Source of the DNA: Alphaproteobacteria bacterium
GTDB lineage: Bacteria > Pseudomonadota > Alphaproteobacteria > RF32 > CAG-239
Reading direction: 5' to 3'
NCBI GenBank assembly: GCA_045537965.1
Contig: JAZSQL010000054.1
Location: forward strand, 15,224-79,223
DNA: 64,000 nt
How positions within the stretch are numbered: position 1 is the stretch's first letter; each line of letters begins with the position of its first letter. Position numbers and translations under genes: made by a program. The notes under the pieces were generated by a model that saw only the letters and a program-made list of their open reading frames with translations, made no database searches and was not told the origin of the DNA. This document shows, in pieces, positions 41,518 through 49,983 of this stretch.

Positions 41518-41555
41518 TGTTAAACTTTATTAAAGTTGACTATGAAGTTTAACAT
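41518..41555. promoter_or_regulatory. Perfect 11-bp inverted repeat (ATGTTAAACTT, 16 nt spacer, AAGTTTAACAT); candidate operator
   Basis: Lies between the putative promoter and the start of the 41560 ORF. Confidence 0.4.
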
Positions 41556-41559
41556 TTGA

Positions 41560-42420
41560 TTGATATTTACAAGGATTTACATTATTATAACAAAAAATAT
41601 CATAGAGAGGATTGTTTTGCCTAATACAGTTGTAAAATTGAAATTAAAATTTACTGGAGCCGATGCAAGAAACCATCGATTAGATTTTTATGATGCAACC
41701 TACTCACTATATGGATTTGCTCGTGCATTACAAATAACAATGGATTTATTTGTAAATAAAAGAGTAATAAAAAAGGCAAACACAACTAAAAACTTTAAAA
41801 GTTATATGCTTACCTCTAAAGAAGGAAGTTTTGAGCAGGATATTCTTTATTTGTTAGCATCAGGAGTAGCTGTTAATGCTGTTTATGATTTTATTAAATA
41901 TGTATTTAAACAAGCTATTAGCTCCGAACGGGTTCGTTTGAATAGACAACAAAGTTTAATGCACACAGAATACGAGCCATATTTCGATAAAATAACAGAA
42001 GTTATTAAAAATCCATTACTTGATGCTCACAGAGTTATAAAAATGAATCCATCTTGTAAAATATCTTTGATTGCGGAAAAGGAAAATAGTTCCAATAGTA
42101 CTTTAGTAAATTTTAATTATGATACTTATTGTTATCTATCCCAAGAAGAAAATAACGATGATATAATAGTAGAAACAGGAAATATAACTAAATATAATGT
42201 ATTAACCCAAAATGGTAGAGTTTATTTGACTTCATATGGACGAGTAATTTCATTTTCTCTTTGTAAAAACATAAGCGATGATGCAAAAAATTTAATAACA
42301 TTATCTTTACATAATAGGAACAATGGTCTTCCAGATATTCTAAACATAAGTTATAAAAAAGTATTATCTTCTAATAATAAAATTGTAAAAATAATTATAG
42401 TTGATTGTTCAGAATTATAG
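41560..42420 (+). CDS. Hypothetical protein, third gene of the candidate module; start uncertain (TTG at 41560 or a downstream TTG/ATG)
   Basis: 286-aa ORF co-oriented with the two upstream genes. GAGAGGA RBS precedes an internal TTG at ~41617. Confidence 0.45.
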   Translation: MIFTRIYIIITKNIIERIVLPNTVVKLKLKFTGADARNHRLDFYDATYSLYGFARALQITMDLFVNKRVIKKANTTKNFKSYMLTSKEGSFEQDILYLLASGVAVNAVYDFIKYVFKQAISSERVRLNRQQSLMHTEYEPYFDKITEVIKNPLLDAHRVIKMNPSCKISLIAEKENSSNSTLVNFNYDTYCYLSQEENNDDIIVETGNITKYNVLTQNGRVYLTSYGRVISFSLCKNISDDAKNLITLSLHNRNNGLPDILNISYKKVLSSNNKIVKIIIVDCSEL

Positions 42421-42432
42421 CGTTTGTATATA

Positions 42433-42810
42433 TTAGTCATGTACTTTTAACTTCTTCAAAATCTGTTTCACTTCATCATTCGGAATATATTTTTCAGTAT
42501 CATCATATTCAAATTGATGATTGATTAGTTTTCCCTTCTTAATATAATAAATGTTAATTGAGTTATCGCCATAGGATTGATGATAATGAACTAAAGGTAA
42601 ATCTTTATAAGTAAATCCATTGTTCCAAAGGTTAATCAAATTGCCGAGTGTGATTTTATCTATTCTGTATGAATAATACGGACAGGCAAAAGCGTTAATT
42701 ATCAAACCTGAAATGACAAATTCGGCACAAGTCCTATTTTGTAACTTGTGCCGATTATTATAAATCCACTCACAATGGTTTATAAAACACTTTTTATCTA
42801 TGATTGGCAT
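42433..42810 (-). CDS. Hypothetical protein
   Basis: 125-aa ORF translationally coupled to the recombinase gene upstream. Confidence 0.4.
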   Translation of the reverse strand: MPIIDKKCFINHCEWIYNNRHKLQNRTCAEFVISGLIINAFACPYYSYRIDKITLGNLINLWNNGFTYKDLPLVHYHQSYGDNSINIYYIKKGKLINHQFEYDDTEKYIPNDEVKQILKKLKVHD

Positions 42811-42811
42811 A

Positions 42812-43396
42812 TTAAACCCTCACATTCTCCACGGCATTAGCAAGCATTTGCTGGTTGTAATTGAAATAATGCTGTGTGGTTGAGATGTTTCTATGATTGG
42901 CGAGTTTTTGAACTAAACAGATATTAACTCCGGAATTTACCAGTTTTGATACAAACAAGTGTCTGCCCAAATGGCTTGCACCTTTAATGTTGAATTTGCG
43001 GTAAATCGAAGAAAACAAACGACTAATGCTTACTCTGTTATAAGGTTTATTGAGTTTTTGACTTGTGAACAAATATGTTTCCTGTGTCAGTTTCTCGCCC
43101 CATTTTCTTTGCAAATATTTCAAATATTCGCAAAACTCCTTCTTTAACTGGCTATTCATATAATATTCGCATTTGTTTTTGCCTTTGTTTTTATCGTAAT
43201 CAAGACAAATGACATCTTTGATTTTCAAATCATCGGTAAAAATATCTTTGATTTGCAGATAAGCAAAATTAATTGAGCGCATGCCATTTAGACTGCAAAG
43301 GAACATCATACGAATTTGTTCGGTATGCTTCATCGATTTGATGAAATTCAAAATATCCTTAATTTTCTTATCATCTACAAAAACATCATTTGTCAT
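42812..43396 (-). CDS. Tyrosine-type site-specific recombinase, catalytic domain only
   Basis: Conserved Arg (GMRSIN), HLGRHLFVSKL..G (box II His/Arg) and HRNISTTQHY (catalytic Tyr). 194 aa, lacking the N-terminal core-binding domain. Confidence 0.7.
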   Translation of the reverse strand: MTNDVFVDDKKIKDILNFIKSMKHTEQIRMMFLCSLNGMRSINFAYLQIKDIFTDDLKIKDVICLDYDKNKGKNKCEYYMNSQLKKEFCEYLKYLQRKWGEKLTQETYLFTSQKLNKPYNRVSISRLFSSIYRKFNIKGASHLGRHLFVSKLVNSGVNICLVQKLANHRNISTTQHYFNYNQQMLANAVENVRV

Positions 43397-43408
43397 AATT
43401 ACCTCTCT

Positions 43409-43777
43409 CTACAAATTGTAATATTTCTCAACTCTTTTTCTTAATATTTGCTGTCCTTCCTTGATTATTTCGCTCAACCTTTTATCATCAAAACACTCTT
43501 TGATTTGCTTTAAGTTCAAAGTCAGGTCATGCAATAAATGACATCCGACTTTACGCTTCTCACAATCAAGAACTCCATAATAAAACTTACTCTTACCTAA
43601 AAATTGTTCAGAAAACTGTTGTTTGCTCTCAACAATTCCAAGCTCCTGCAAAAGCTCATAAGCCTTGTTCAGATAATCTAAACCGTTATTTGCTTCTAAA
43701 TCTTGTGGCTGTGGGGTTTTGCGTTTTATCATTTTGACTAACTCTTCCTTAAATTTGTTTTTCCAGTTCATCATCAA
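43409..43777 (-). CDS. Hypothetical protein
   Basis: 122-aa ORF. Confidence 0.4.
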   Translation of the reverse strand: MMMNWKNKFKEELVKMIKRKTPQPQDLEANNGLDYLNKAYELLQELGIVESKQQFSEQFLGKSKFYYGVLDCEKRKVGCHLLHDLTLNLKQIKECFDDKRLSEIIKEGQQILRKRVEKYYNL

Positions 43778-43982
43778 TCCTTTCTTATGGTATTTATTAC
43801 CAAATGTAATGAGCTGGCTATTTCTTCACCATTGCTTGATAAAATACAGTGTAGTCAATTTGTTGTGTCATAGTGGCAATTCCACCTTGAAGTTCCCATC
43901 CTTTCTTTATCTGCTCATTTACCCATTTTATCAACTCATCTATACTGGTTGAACAAATCACATCATATTGCATAGGCATCTC

Positions 43983-44309
43983 CTAATACTCATCAGCATA
44001 CATTATAGTCATAACTCGGTTGGTAAGTCTTGGCTTGCAAGCATTAGGCGAAAGGAAAAGGAAATTGTTGTCATAATAATCAATCTTCCAGAAAATCTTT
44101 TTGCCCTTAAAAGTAAATGCCCCGAAATCCTTTTCGCCATATGGGTTATTATTTTCATTGAAATCGTTGAAATTGCGGACTTTATTGATAATGGTTGTAA
44201 TATCATCATGAGTGTTGCTTCTGATACCTTCGGTTAAAATCAAAGTACCTAGCGAGGGATTGGCTCTGAAAGCATCATTTAGTTTGGCGATTTCTGATAC
44301 ATTATTCAT
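43983..44309 (-). CDS. Small protein resembling the DUF3768 family (recalled, unverified)
   Basis: Motifs NDAFR, NNPYGEKDFGAFTF.GKKIFWKIDYYD and LTNRVMTIMYADEY match my recollection of DUF3768 proteins found on plasmids and ICEs. Confidence 0.4.
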   Translation of the reverse strand: MNNVSEIAKLNDAFRANPSLGTLILTEGIRSNTHDDITTIINKVRNFNDFNENNNPYGEKDFGAFTFKGKKIFWKIDYYDNNFLFLSPNACKPRLTNRVMTIMYADEY

Positions 44310-44829
44310 TGCAACTATCCTCTAAATATAAGTTGAACATCAAATCCACCAAGCCTTCTTTGTCGTTGGCATAGTCCCAAACATTTTTTCCTTTGTTGTT
44401 TTTGATATCAGGGTCAGCATCGTTATTGATAAAAAACTCAATCAATCCCAAACGCATCATGGCTTGCGGATGATTTACAACCTTTATAAAAGCTGTATTA
44501 CCGGCATTGTCTTGGGCATTGATATCACTTCCGGCTTGAAGCAAAAGGTTCAAACTAGCAGGATTGCTTCGTTTCTTGGCGGCAATCATAAAAGGAGTAT
44601 CGCCGGAAATGTTACGAGAATGAACATCGCCACCGTGAGATAAGAAAAGCTCAATGACCTCGGGTTCATAGAACTCACGGCAGGCGAACATAAAAGGAGT
44701 GTAACCGTTAGAATTGTAGGGTTTGTTTACATCTGCACCATTTTCAAGCAAAGTCTTGATAGTTGCGAAGTCTTCGCTATAAAGTGCTTTCATTAAATCA
44801 TTATCGTTACTAACCATTTGAATCTCCAT
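44302..44829 (-). CDS. Ankyrin-repeat protein
   Basis: Four to five ANK repeats (NGADVN...GYTPFMFACR, GSDINAQDNAGNTAFI, NNDADPDIKNNKGKNVWDYA). Confidence 0.85.
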   Translation of the reverse strand: MEIQMVSNDNDLMKALYSEDFATIKTLLENGADVNKPYNSNGYTPFMFACREFYEPEVIELFLSHGGDVHSRNISGDTPFMIAAKKRSNPASLNLLLQAGSDINAQDNAGNTAFIKVVNHPQAMMRLGLIEFFINNDADPDIKNNKGKNVWDYANDKEGLVDLMFNLYLEDSCNE

Positions 44830-45020
44830 GAAATTGCGGGTGGCTTTAAATTGCCGCCCGGGATATCATGCAAAGATTCAGCTGTCAAGCCGCAAAATTA
44901 ACATTTTTTCACGATAATCTATTGATTCTAAAGAATTTCTTTTAAATTCAGAGGATTAGGAATGTAACATTTATTACAAAAAGTAATGATAAATACCTTT
45001 ATAAGCCAAAGGATAAGGAA

Positions 45021-45329
45021 ATGAAGGTGTTGATTGAGACTATCACAAATCGTAAAGGGTATAAGAATTTCAAAGATATTGATTGTTTGGGCGAGTTTTT
45101 GAACGAAAATCGCAAGAAGATTAAAAGCTTCAAAATCTTAAATGAAACCTATAACGGTACTTTTGAAGAATTGCTTCAAGATGTTATGAAACGAGCTGAT
45201 TTTCTTGGAAACATGATAGGTTACGCATTTTTTCAAATGACCGATAAAAGCGACAAGTACAATAAATTGCTTCGTGCAATGGGGCTTGCCGCCGAAATTC
45301 AAGGTTTGGTTAGAGGGTATTTGAAATAA
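45021..45329 (+). CDS. Hypothetical protein
   Basis: 102-aa ORF. Confidence 0.35.
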   Translation: MKVLIETITNRKGYKNFKDIDCLGEFLNENRKKIKSFKILNETYNGTFEELLQDVMKRADFLGNMIGYAFFQMTDKSDKYNKLLRAMGLAAEIQGLVRGYLK

Positions 45330-45347
45330 CAATATCTTTTTTATACT

Positions 45348-46601
45348 CTAAAAGTCTAAACTTTCAGGTGATAATAAGAAATCTTTTAACCCTACAATTA
45401 AAATACCAGATTCATTGTAGTACGGTTTTCTGCTACCTCCAACGATAATGATTTTCTTAAATCCATCAGGAATATTAAGAAGTGACCTTTCTTCCTGTTT
45501 TTGTTTTTCTTCAGTAGGCATACTATATGCTGATTGTATGTAATATCTTTTGCTTCCCAAATTAACTACAAAATCAACTTCTAATTTCTTTTCTTGCTTT
45601 TTCCCTGCAGTATTTTTCTCTGTAACTGTAACTTCTCCAATATCAATTTGGTAACCTCTTATAGTTAATTCATTATATATAACATTTTCCATAAGATGAG
45701 TTTCTTCTTGCTGACGAAAATTAATTTCTGCGTTTCTTAATCCTACATCAGTAAAGTAATATTTTGCAGGTGTATTGATATATTTCTTTCCTTTTATATC
45801 ATAACGAAGCACTTTGTTTATTAAAAATGCATCTTCTAAGAAAGATAGGTAATTCTTTATTGTCGGTGCTGTTAAATCTAAATGTTTCTTGCTTTTGAAT
45901 GTATCTGCTAGTTTTTGAGGATTTGTTAAAGAACCGATATTAGATGCAACAACAGCAAGCAATTCTTCTAATTCTTCAGAGTTTTGTATTTTGTTTCTTG
46001 CTATAATATCCTTTAAGTAAGTTTCTTTATACAAATTCTGCAAATATTTTGCTTTTTCAATATCTGTATTGAATTTGAATAATGCAGGCATTCCTCCATA
46101 TACACTATACTCATTCCAAGCATCGTCCCAATCTGTGTTTTTATGAGCATAAAATTCGGCAAAACTCAATGGATGAATACGAATTTCATCTCCTCTACCT
46201 CTAAATTCTGTAACAATATCAGTTGATAAAAATTTAGAATTACTTCCGGTTACATAAACATCTAAGTTTTTAATTCGTAAAAATCCGTTCAAAACACTTT
46301 CAAAATCTTCCATCATTTGAACTTCATCAAGTAGTAGATAATACATGTCTTTGTCTTGTATTCTTTCTTTTACATAACTTGTGCATTCATCAGGATTGCG
46401 ATATTTTTCATCTTCTCTGGTATCTAATTGAATAGAGATAATATGGTCTTCTTTTACATCGTTTTCTAATAAGTGGTTATAGAATAACTCAAATAACATA
46501 TATGATTTGCCACAACGACGGATACCACTGATTATCTTAATAAAACCATTGTGTTTGTGGCTAATAAGTTGATTTAAGTAGGTATCTCTTTTGATTTCCA
46601 T
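45348..46601 (-). CDS. AAA-family ATPase with a DUF4143-type C-terminal domain (start re-placed at MEIKR)
   Basis: MEIKRDTYLN...GIRRCGKS (Walker A) ...LLLDEVQ (Walker B). GGAGG RBS 5 nt upstream of this ATG. The upstream part of the tracked ORF is a translated palindromic repeat. Confidence 0.8.
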   Translation of the reverse strand: MEIKRDTYLNQLISHKHNGFIKIISGIRRCGKSYMLFELFYNHLLENDVKEDHIISIQLDTREDEKYRNPDECTSYVKERIQDKDMYYLLLDEVQMMEDFESVLNGFLRIKNLDVYVTGSNSKFLSTDIVTEFRGRGDEIRIHPLSFAEFYAHKNTDWDDAWNEYSVYGGMPALFKFNTDIEKAKYLQNLYKETYLKDIIARNKIQNSEELEELLAVVASNIGSLTNPQKLADTFKSKKHLDLTAPTIKNYLSFLEDAFLINKVLRYDIKGKKYINTPAKYYFTDVGLRNAEINFRQQEETHLMENVIYNELTIRGYQIDIGEVTVTEKNTAGKKQEKKLEVDFVVNLGSKRYYIQSAYSMPTEEKQKQEERSLLNIPDGFKKIIIVGGSRKPYYNESGILIVGLKDFLLSPESLDF

Positions 46602-46612
46602 AATTGCCTCCA

Positions 46613-46718
46613 TTTTAGATTTTGCCGACAAGTCGGTATTTTCTAAAATAATATACATTAAATAGATAAAAGTCAAGAGTATTTTAGATTTTGCCGACAA
46701 GTCGGCATTTTCTAAAAT
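46613..46718. repeat. Two copies of a 37-bp palindromic element (46613-46649 and 46682-46718) in the promoter region of the AAA ATPase gene
   Basis: ttttagattttgccgacaagtcgg(t/c)attttctaaaat, with inner palindrome ccgacaagtcgg and outer arms tttaga/tctaaa. Copies are 69 bp apart. Confidence 0.55.
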
Positions 46719-46780
46719 GAACAAACCACCACCTTATATAAAAGTAGCGATTTTATAGGAGAATTTATTGTTTAGTGGGC

Positions 46781-47302
46781 TTATTCCTTATAAATCACTG
46801 CACCATTATCTAAAAGTAGGTTTGCTATATCTATTTCTATTCGTTCTAATGCGATAAGAAGTGCTGTTTCTCGTTGGTAATTGAGCCAATTTACATCACA
46901 TCCTTTATCAATCAACATCTGAATTACATCTAGTTTTAGGTCATCAGTCATATTTTCGTTCAAAATTACTGACATTATCGCATTATAGCCAAATATATCG
47001 GTTTGGTTGATTTCGCTTCCTTGTTCGAGCAGATATTCAATCGGCTCTATGGTAGAGCAAAAGTAGCAAGCAACCAAGAAAAGTGTAGCTCTTCGGCGGT
47101 TTATTGGTGTGTTAATTTGGAAATTTTCCATTTCTATCATTTTTTGTATCTCATCAACGCAATCAATGCAAAGCTCCGCTTCGCTTTCATAATTAACCAC
47201 AGGAAACACCGGTGCGTTCTTCACTCGCTCAGCAATCTGTTCCATTTTCTTTTGCATTTCGGGGAATTCACCTAGAAGCCATTTGTTGCAAAAAATCGTC
47301 AA
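46781..47302 (-). CDS. Ankyrin-repeat protein
   Basis: ANK repeats (GSEINQTDIFGYNAIM, GCDVNWLNYQRETALLIA, LLLDNGAV). Confidence 0.75.
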   Translation of the reverse strand: MTIFCNKWLLGEFPEMQKKMEQIAERVKNAPVFPVVNYESEAELCIDCVDEIQKMIEMENFQINTPINRRRATLFLVACYFCSTIEPIEYLLEQGSEINQTDIFGYNAIMSVILNENMTDDLKLDVIQMLIDKGCDVNWLNYQRETALLIALERIEIDIANLLLDNGAVIYKE

Positions 47303-47577
47303 CCAAAGTAATGGGCAATAAACTCGTCAGAGAGGGCTATTTGATAAAACCCTGTGATGATAAGGGCAGAAGACAATTATCGCTCTCTGAACGCCAATTT
47401 ATCCCCTAGATGGCATCAACATGAGTAACGTGGAGAAGACTTTGATTTTGCGTGAATTGGTCGAGGCGCAAAATGATGCAAACAACTACAAACAACAGTA
47501 TTTGCTTGAAAAAGCACGAGCTGATAGATTATCCGAAGAACTCACAAATCTTAAGTTTCAAATGATAGGTAATATTG

Positions 47578-47979
47578 CTATTTAATCTGTGTTTTGTAAA
47601 GAGAACCATAGATTGAGTTATCTTTTGCTAATAATTCTTCATGTGTTCCTATTTCTACAATCTCACCATAGTTTACAACAACAATCTTATCGGCATTCCT
47701 AACAGTAGATAGGCGGTGTGCAATAATAAACACCGTTCTATCTTTCATAAGATTATCAATGGCTTGTTGAACAACTGCCTCAGATTTATTATCAAGAGCT
47801 GATGTTGCCTCATCTAAAATAACAATAGGAGCATCTTTGATAAAAGCTCTGGCAATGGCTATTCTTTGTTTCTGACCACCTGAAAGCAAAACACCTCGCT
47901 CACCAATCTCTGTATCTAAACCTTTTTCAAGACTAGATATAAATTCTTCTAAACAAGCACATTTAATAGCTTTATGGTG
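47578..47979 (-). pseudogene. 3' fragment of an ABC exporter ATP-binding domain (signature to C-terminus only)
   Basis: Frame encodes ..[45 protein letters not shown]. No Walker A or TMD. The fragment begins exactly at the stop codon of the upstream gene. Confidence 0.7.
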
Positions 47980-48966
47980 CTATTTTATAATGGTATTTCG
48001 AAAAGAAAGTCCTAATAGTGATTTAAGATTATACAAAATTTTCTTTTTACTATGTCTTAGTCTAATCGACCAATAAAGGCGTTTTACTTTTTCCTTATCA
48101 TAAAGCGGTAATTTATAATTTTTATCGCAGTATTTTTTGTATAATTTTAACCATTCAAAATGAGAATACATTGCAAACATTTCATAATGTGTATGTATAT
48201 TATTATGCTTATATGAATTATACCCAATATCAATAGCATCTAACAAAACAGTATTATTTGCAAATATATGTTCTGATTTCTCTAAATTACCATGCTCTAT
48301 ATCAACACTATGTTCAAATTCTAATCGAATATGACGACGCAGAAATGCTACCCAAATATATTGCTCTGCAGAATACTGGCATAAAGCTGGAACCCAATTT
48401 TCATATTTCACAATCGGACGTTTATGTGTCTCAAAATAACGTGAAGTCTGGGGCTCAGGACATAAAGGAGAGTTAAAAACATCTATTAAGTCTTCTCTTA
48501 AACCAAAGAAGAACCAATCGGAAGGATGATATGGTTTAGCTTCTCTGTGTGGGTTGGGTGCAAATCGCGTAGACATCAAAATGCGTTCTTTAGTTATCTT
48601 ATATTCTGTACATCTTTGGGGAAATCTATCCCAGTAATTTAAGAAATTTATATTATCAAAATACATATCGGAACGAATTTTTAAGGCATATTTTCTAGTT
48701 GCCTTTTTCAAGCCGGCTAAAGTTGAAACTATTTGTCGATTGCATGCATTCAATATTTTAGGGTTATCCCACACGGGATATCCTCCAGGATCTTTGCTTT
48801 CTATAATAACATCAGCCAATTGATGTTGATAATTACTACCTTCCCAAGTAGATACAATAATCTCTGCATCTGGAAAAAACTGCCTGATATTTGTAACAGT
48901 ATTATCTGTCATGTAATTATAAATGGGACCTTGAATAATTACTGATATATCAAAAGATTCTATCAT
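47980..48966 (-). CDS. Hypothetical protein, last gene of the glycan-decoration operon (possibly a WavE-like LPS biosynthesis protein, unverified)
   Basis: 328-aa ORF whose start overlaps the epimerase stop. Trp/Tyr-rich with no clear motif. Confidence 0.4.
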   Translation of the reverse strand: MIESFDISVIIQGPIYNYMTDNTVTNIRQFFPDAEIIVSTWEGSNYQHQLADVIIESKDPGGYPVWDNPKILNACNRQIVSTLAGLKKATRKYALKIRSDMYFDNINFLNYWDRFPQRCTEYKITKERILMSTRFAPNPHREAKPYHPSDWFFFGLREDLIDVFNSPLCPEPQTSRYFETHKRPIVKYENWVPALCQYSAEQYIWVAFLRRHIRLEFEHSVDIEHGNLEKSEHIFANNTVLLDAIDIGYNSYKHNNIHTHYEMFAMYSHFEWLKLYKKYCDKNYKLPLYDKEKVKRLYWSIRLRHSKKKILYNLKSLLGLSFRNTIIK

Positions 48967-49970
48967 TTAATATATTCCTTCTGATAATTAATAATTTCTT
49001 TCAAGCCATCTAACAAATTTATTTTCGCCTCATAATTGAACTCATTTCTTACTTTTGAGCCATCACCAAGGCAATGTTTAAATACTTCTTGTTTTACTCT
49101 TTCTTTTCTCAAATTATATGTTGCATTAAACAATTCTTCATATTTGTCCCAAAATTTTAAAGGTTCGCCTTTATCATATTCAAAAGGTTTCTCTAATGCA
49201 GAATATATTGTTTTTGCTATTTCCATAGCTGAATAAGCTTTGCCTGTAGCGAGATTGAAAATATCAGCATTATATTTCTTATCTGATATTGCCATTCTGT
49301 GTAAATATTGCATCAAATCATAAACGTATATATAATCCCTTTTGCAATCTTCCGTATTATAAATTGTAGGCTTTCTTCCAGCTAATGCTTCACGAATTAA
49401 AAAGCTAGTAAAAGGCGGATATTTACGTTTAAAATCTTGATGCGGTCCAAAAACGTTAAAAAATCTACATATTACAATATCTATACCATAATTTTGAGCA
49501 AATGATTTGCAAACTTGTTCAGCACAATATTTTGTTGTTGCATAAACTAAATTAGGGTGGACATCATCTGTTTCTTTATGTACTTCATTTGCTGGATTGT
49601 TTTCATAAACAGCTGATGTCGATGCAAAAATAAAACGTTTAACATTACTTTTTCTGATAGCGTTCAAAACATTAGCGACACCTGTGGTGTTCACGTCGAA
49701 AGCTTTGTCTGGGTGTGATTCACATTCTGGAAGAGCTGAAATACCTGCAAAATGATACACTATATCTATATTTTCTAAATACTTCTCAAAATTTTGTTCC
49801 CTTACATCTGCTTGTATAAAATTTTTAGATAATATTTCATTATCTTCAAAATTATCTCTGTAACCATATTCCAGATTATCTAGAATTTTGACATTATGCC
49901 CTTCTTTTAGTAAAAACTTACCTAGTTCAGAACCAATAAATCCTGCACCACCTGTAATCAAAATATTCAT
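48963..49970 (-). CDS. NAD-dependent sugar epimerase/dehydratase (SDR extended family)
   Basis: Rossmann motif ITGGAGFIGSEL and the catalytic YxxxK (YATTKYCAEQ). Confidence 0.85.
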   Translation of the reverse strand: MNILITGGAGFIGSELGKFLLKEGHNVKILDNLEYGYRDNFEDNEILSKNFIQADVREQNFEKYLENIDIVYHFAGISALPECESHPDKAFDVNTTGVANVLNAIRKSNVKRFIFASTSAVYENNPANEVHKETDDVHPNLVYATTKYCAEQVCKSFAQNYGIDIVICRFFNVFGPHQDFKRKYPPFTSFLIREALAGRKPTIYNTEDCKRDYIYVYDLMQYLHRMAISDKKYNADIFNLATGKAYSAMEIAKTIYSALEKPFEYDKGEPLKFWDKYEELFNATYNLRKERVKQEVFKHCLGDGSKVRNEFNYEAKINLLDGLKEIINYQKEYIK

Positions 49971-49983
49971 TTATTTCTCCTAT

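Noticed and set aside
46602-46724. N-terminal extension of the AAA-ATPase ORF with the duplicated peptide ILENADLSAKSK
   Set aside because: The peptide repeat is simply the translation of the duplicated 37-bp DNA palindrome. A GGAGG RBS and homology support the downstream MEIKR start instead.
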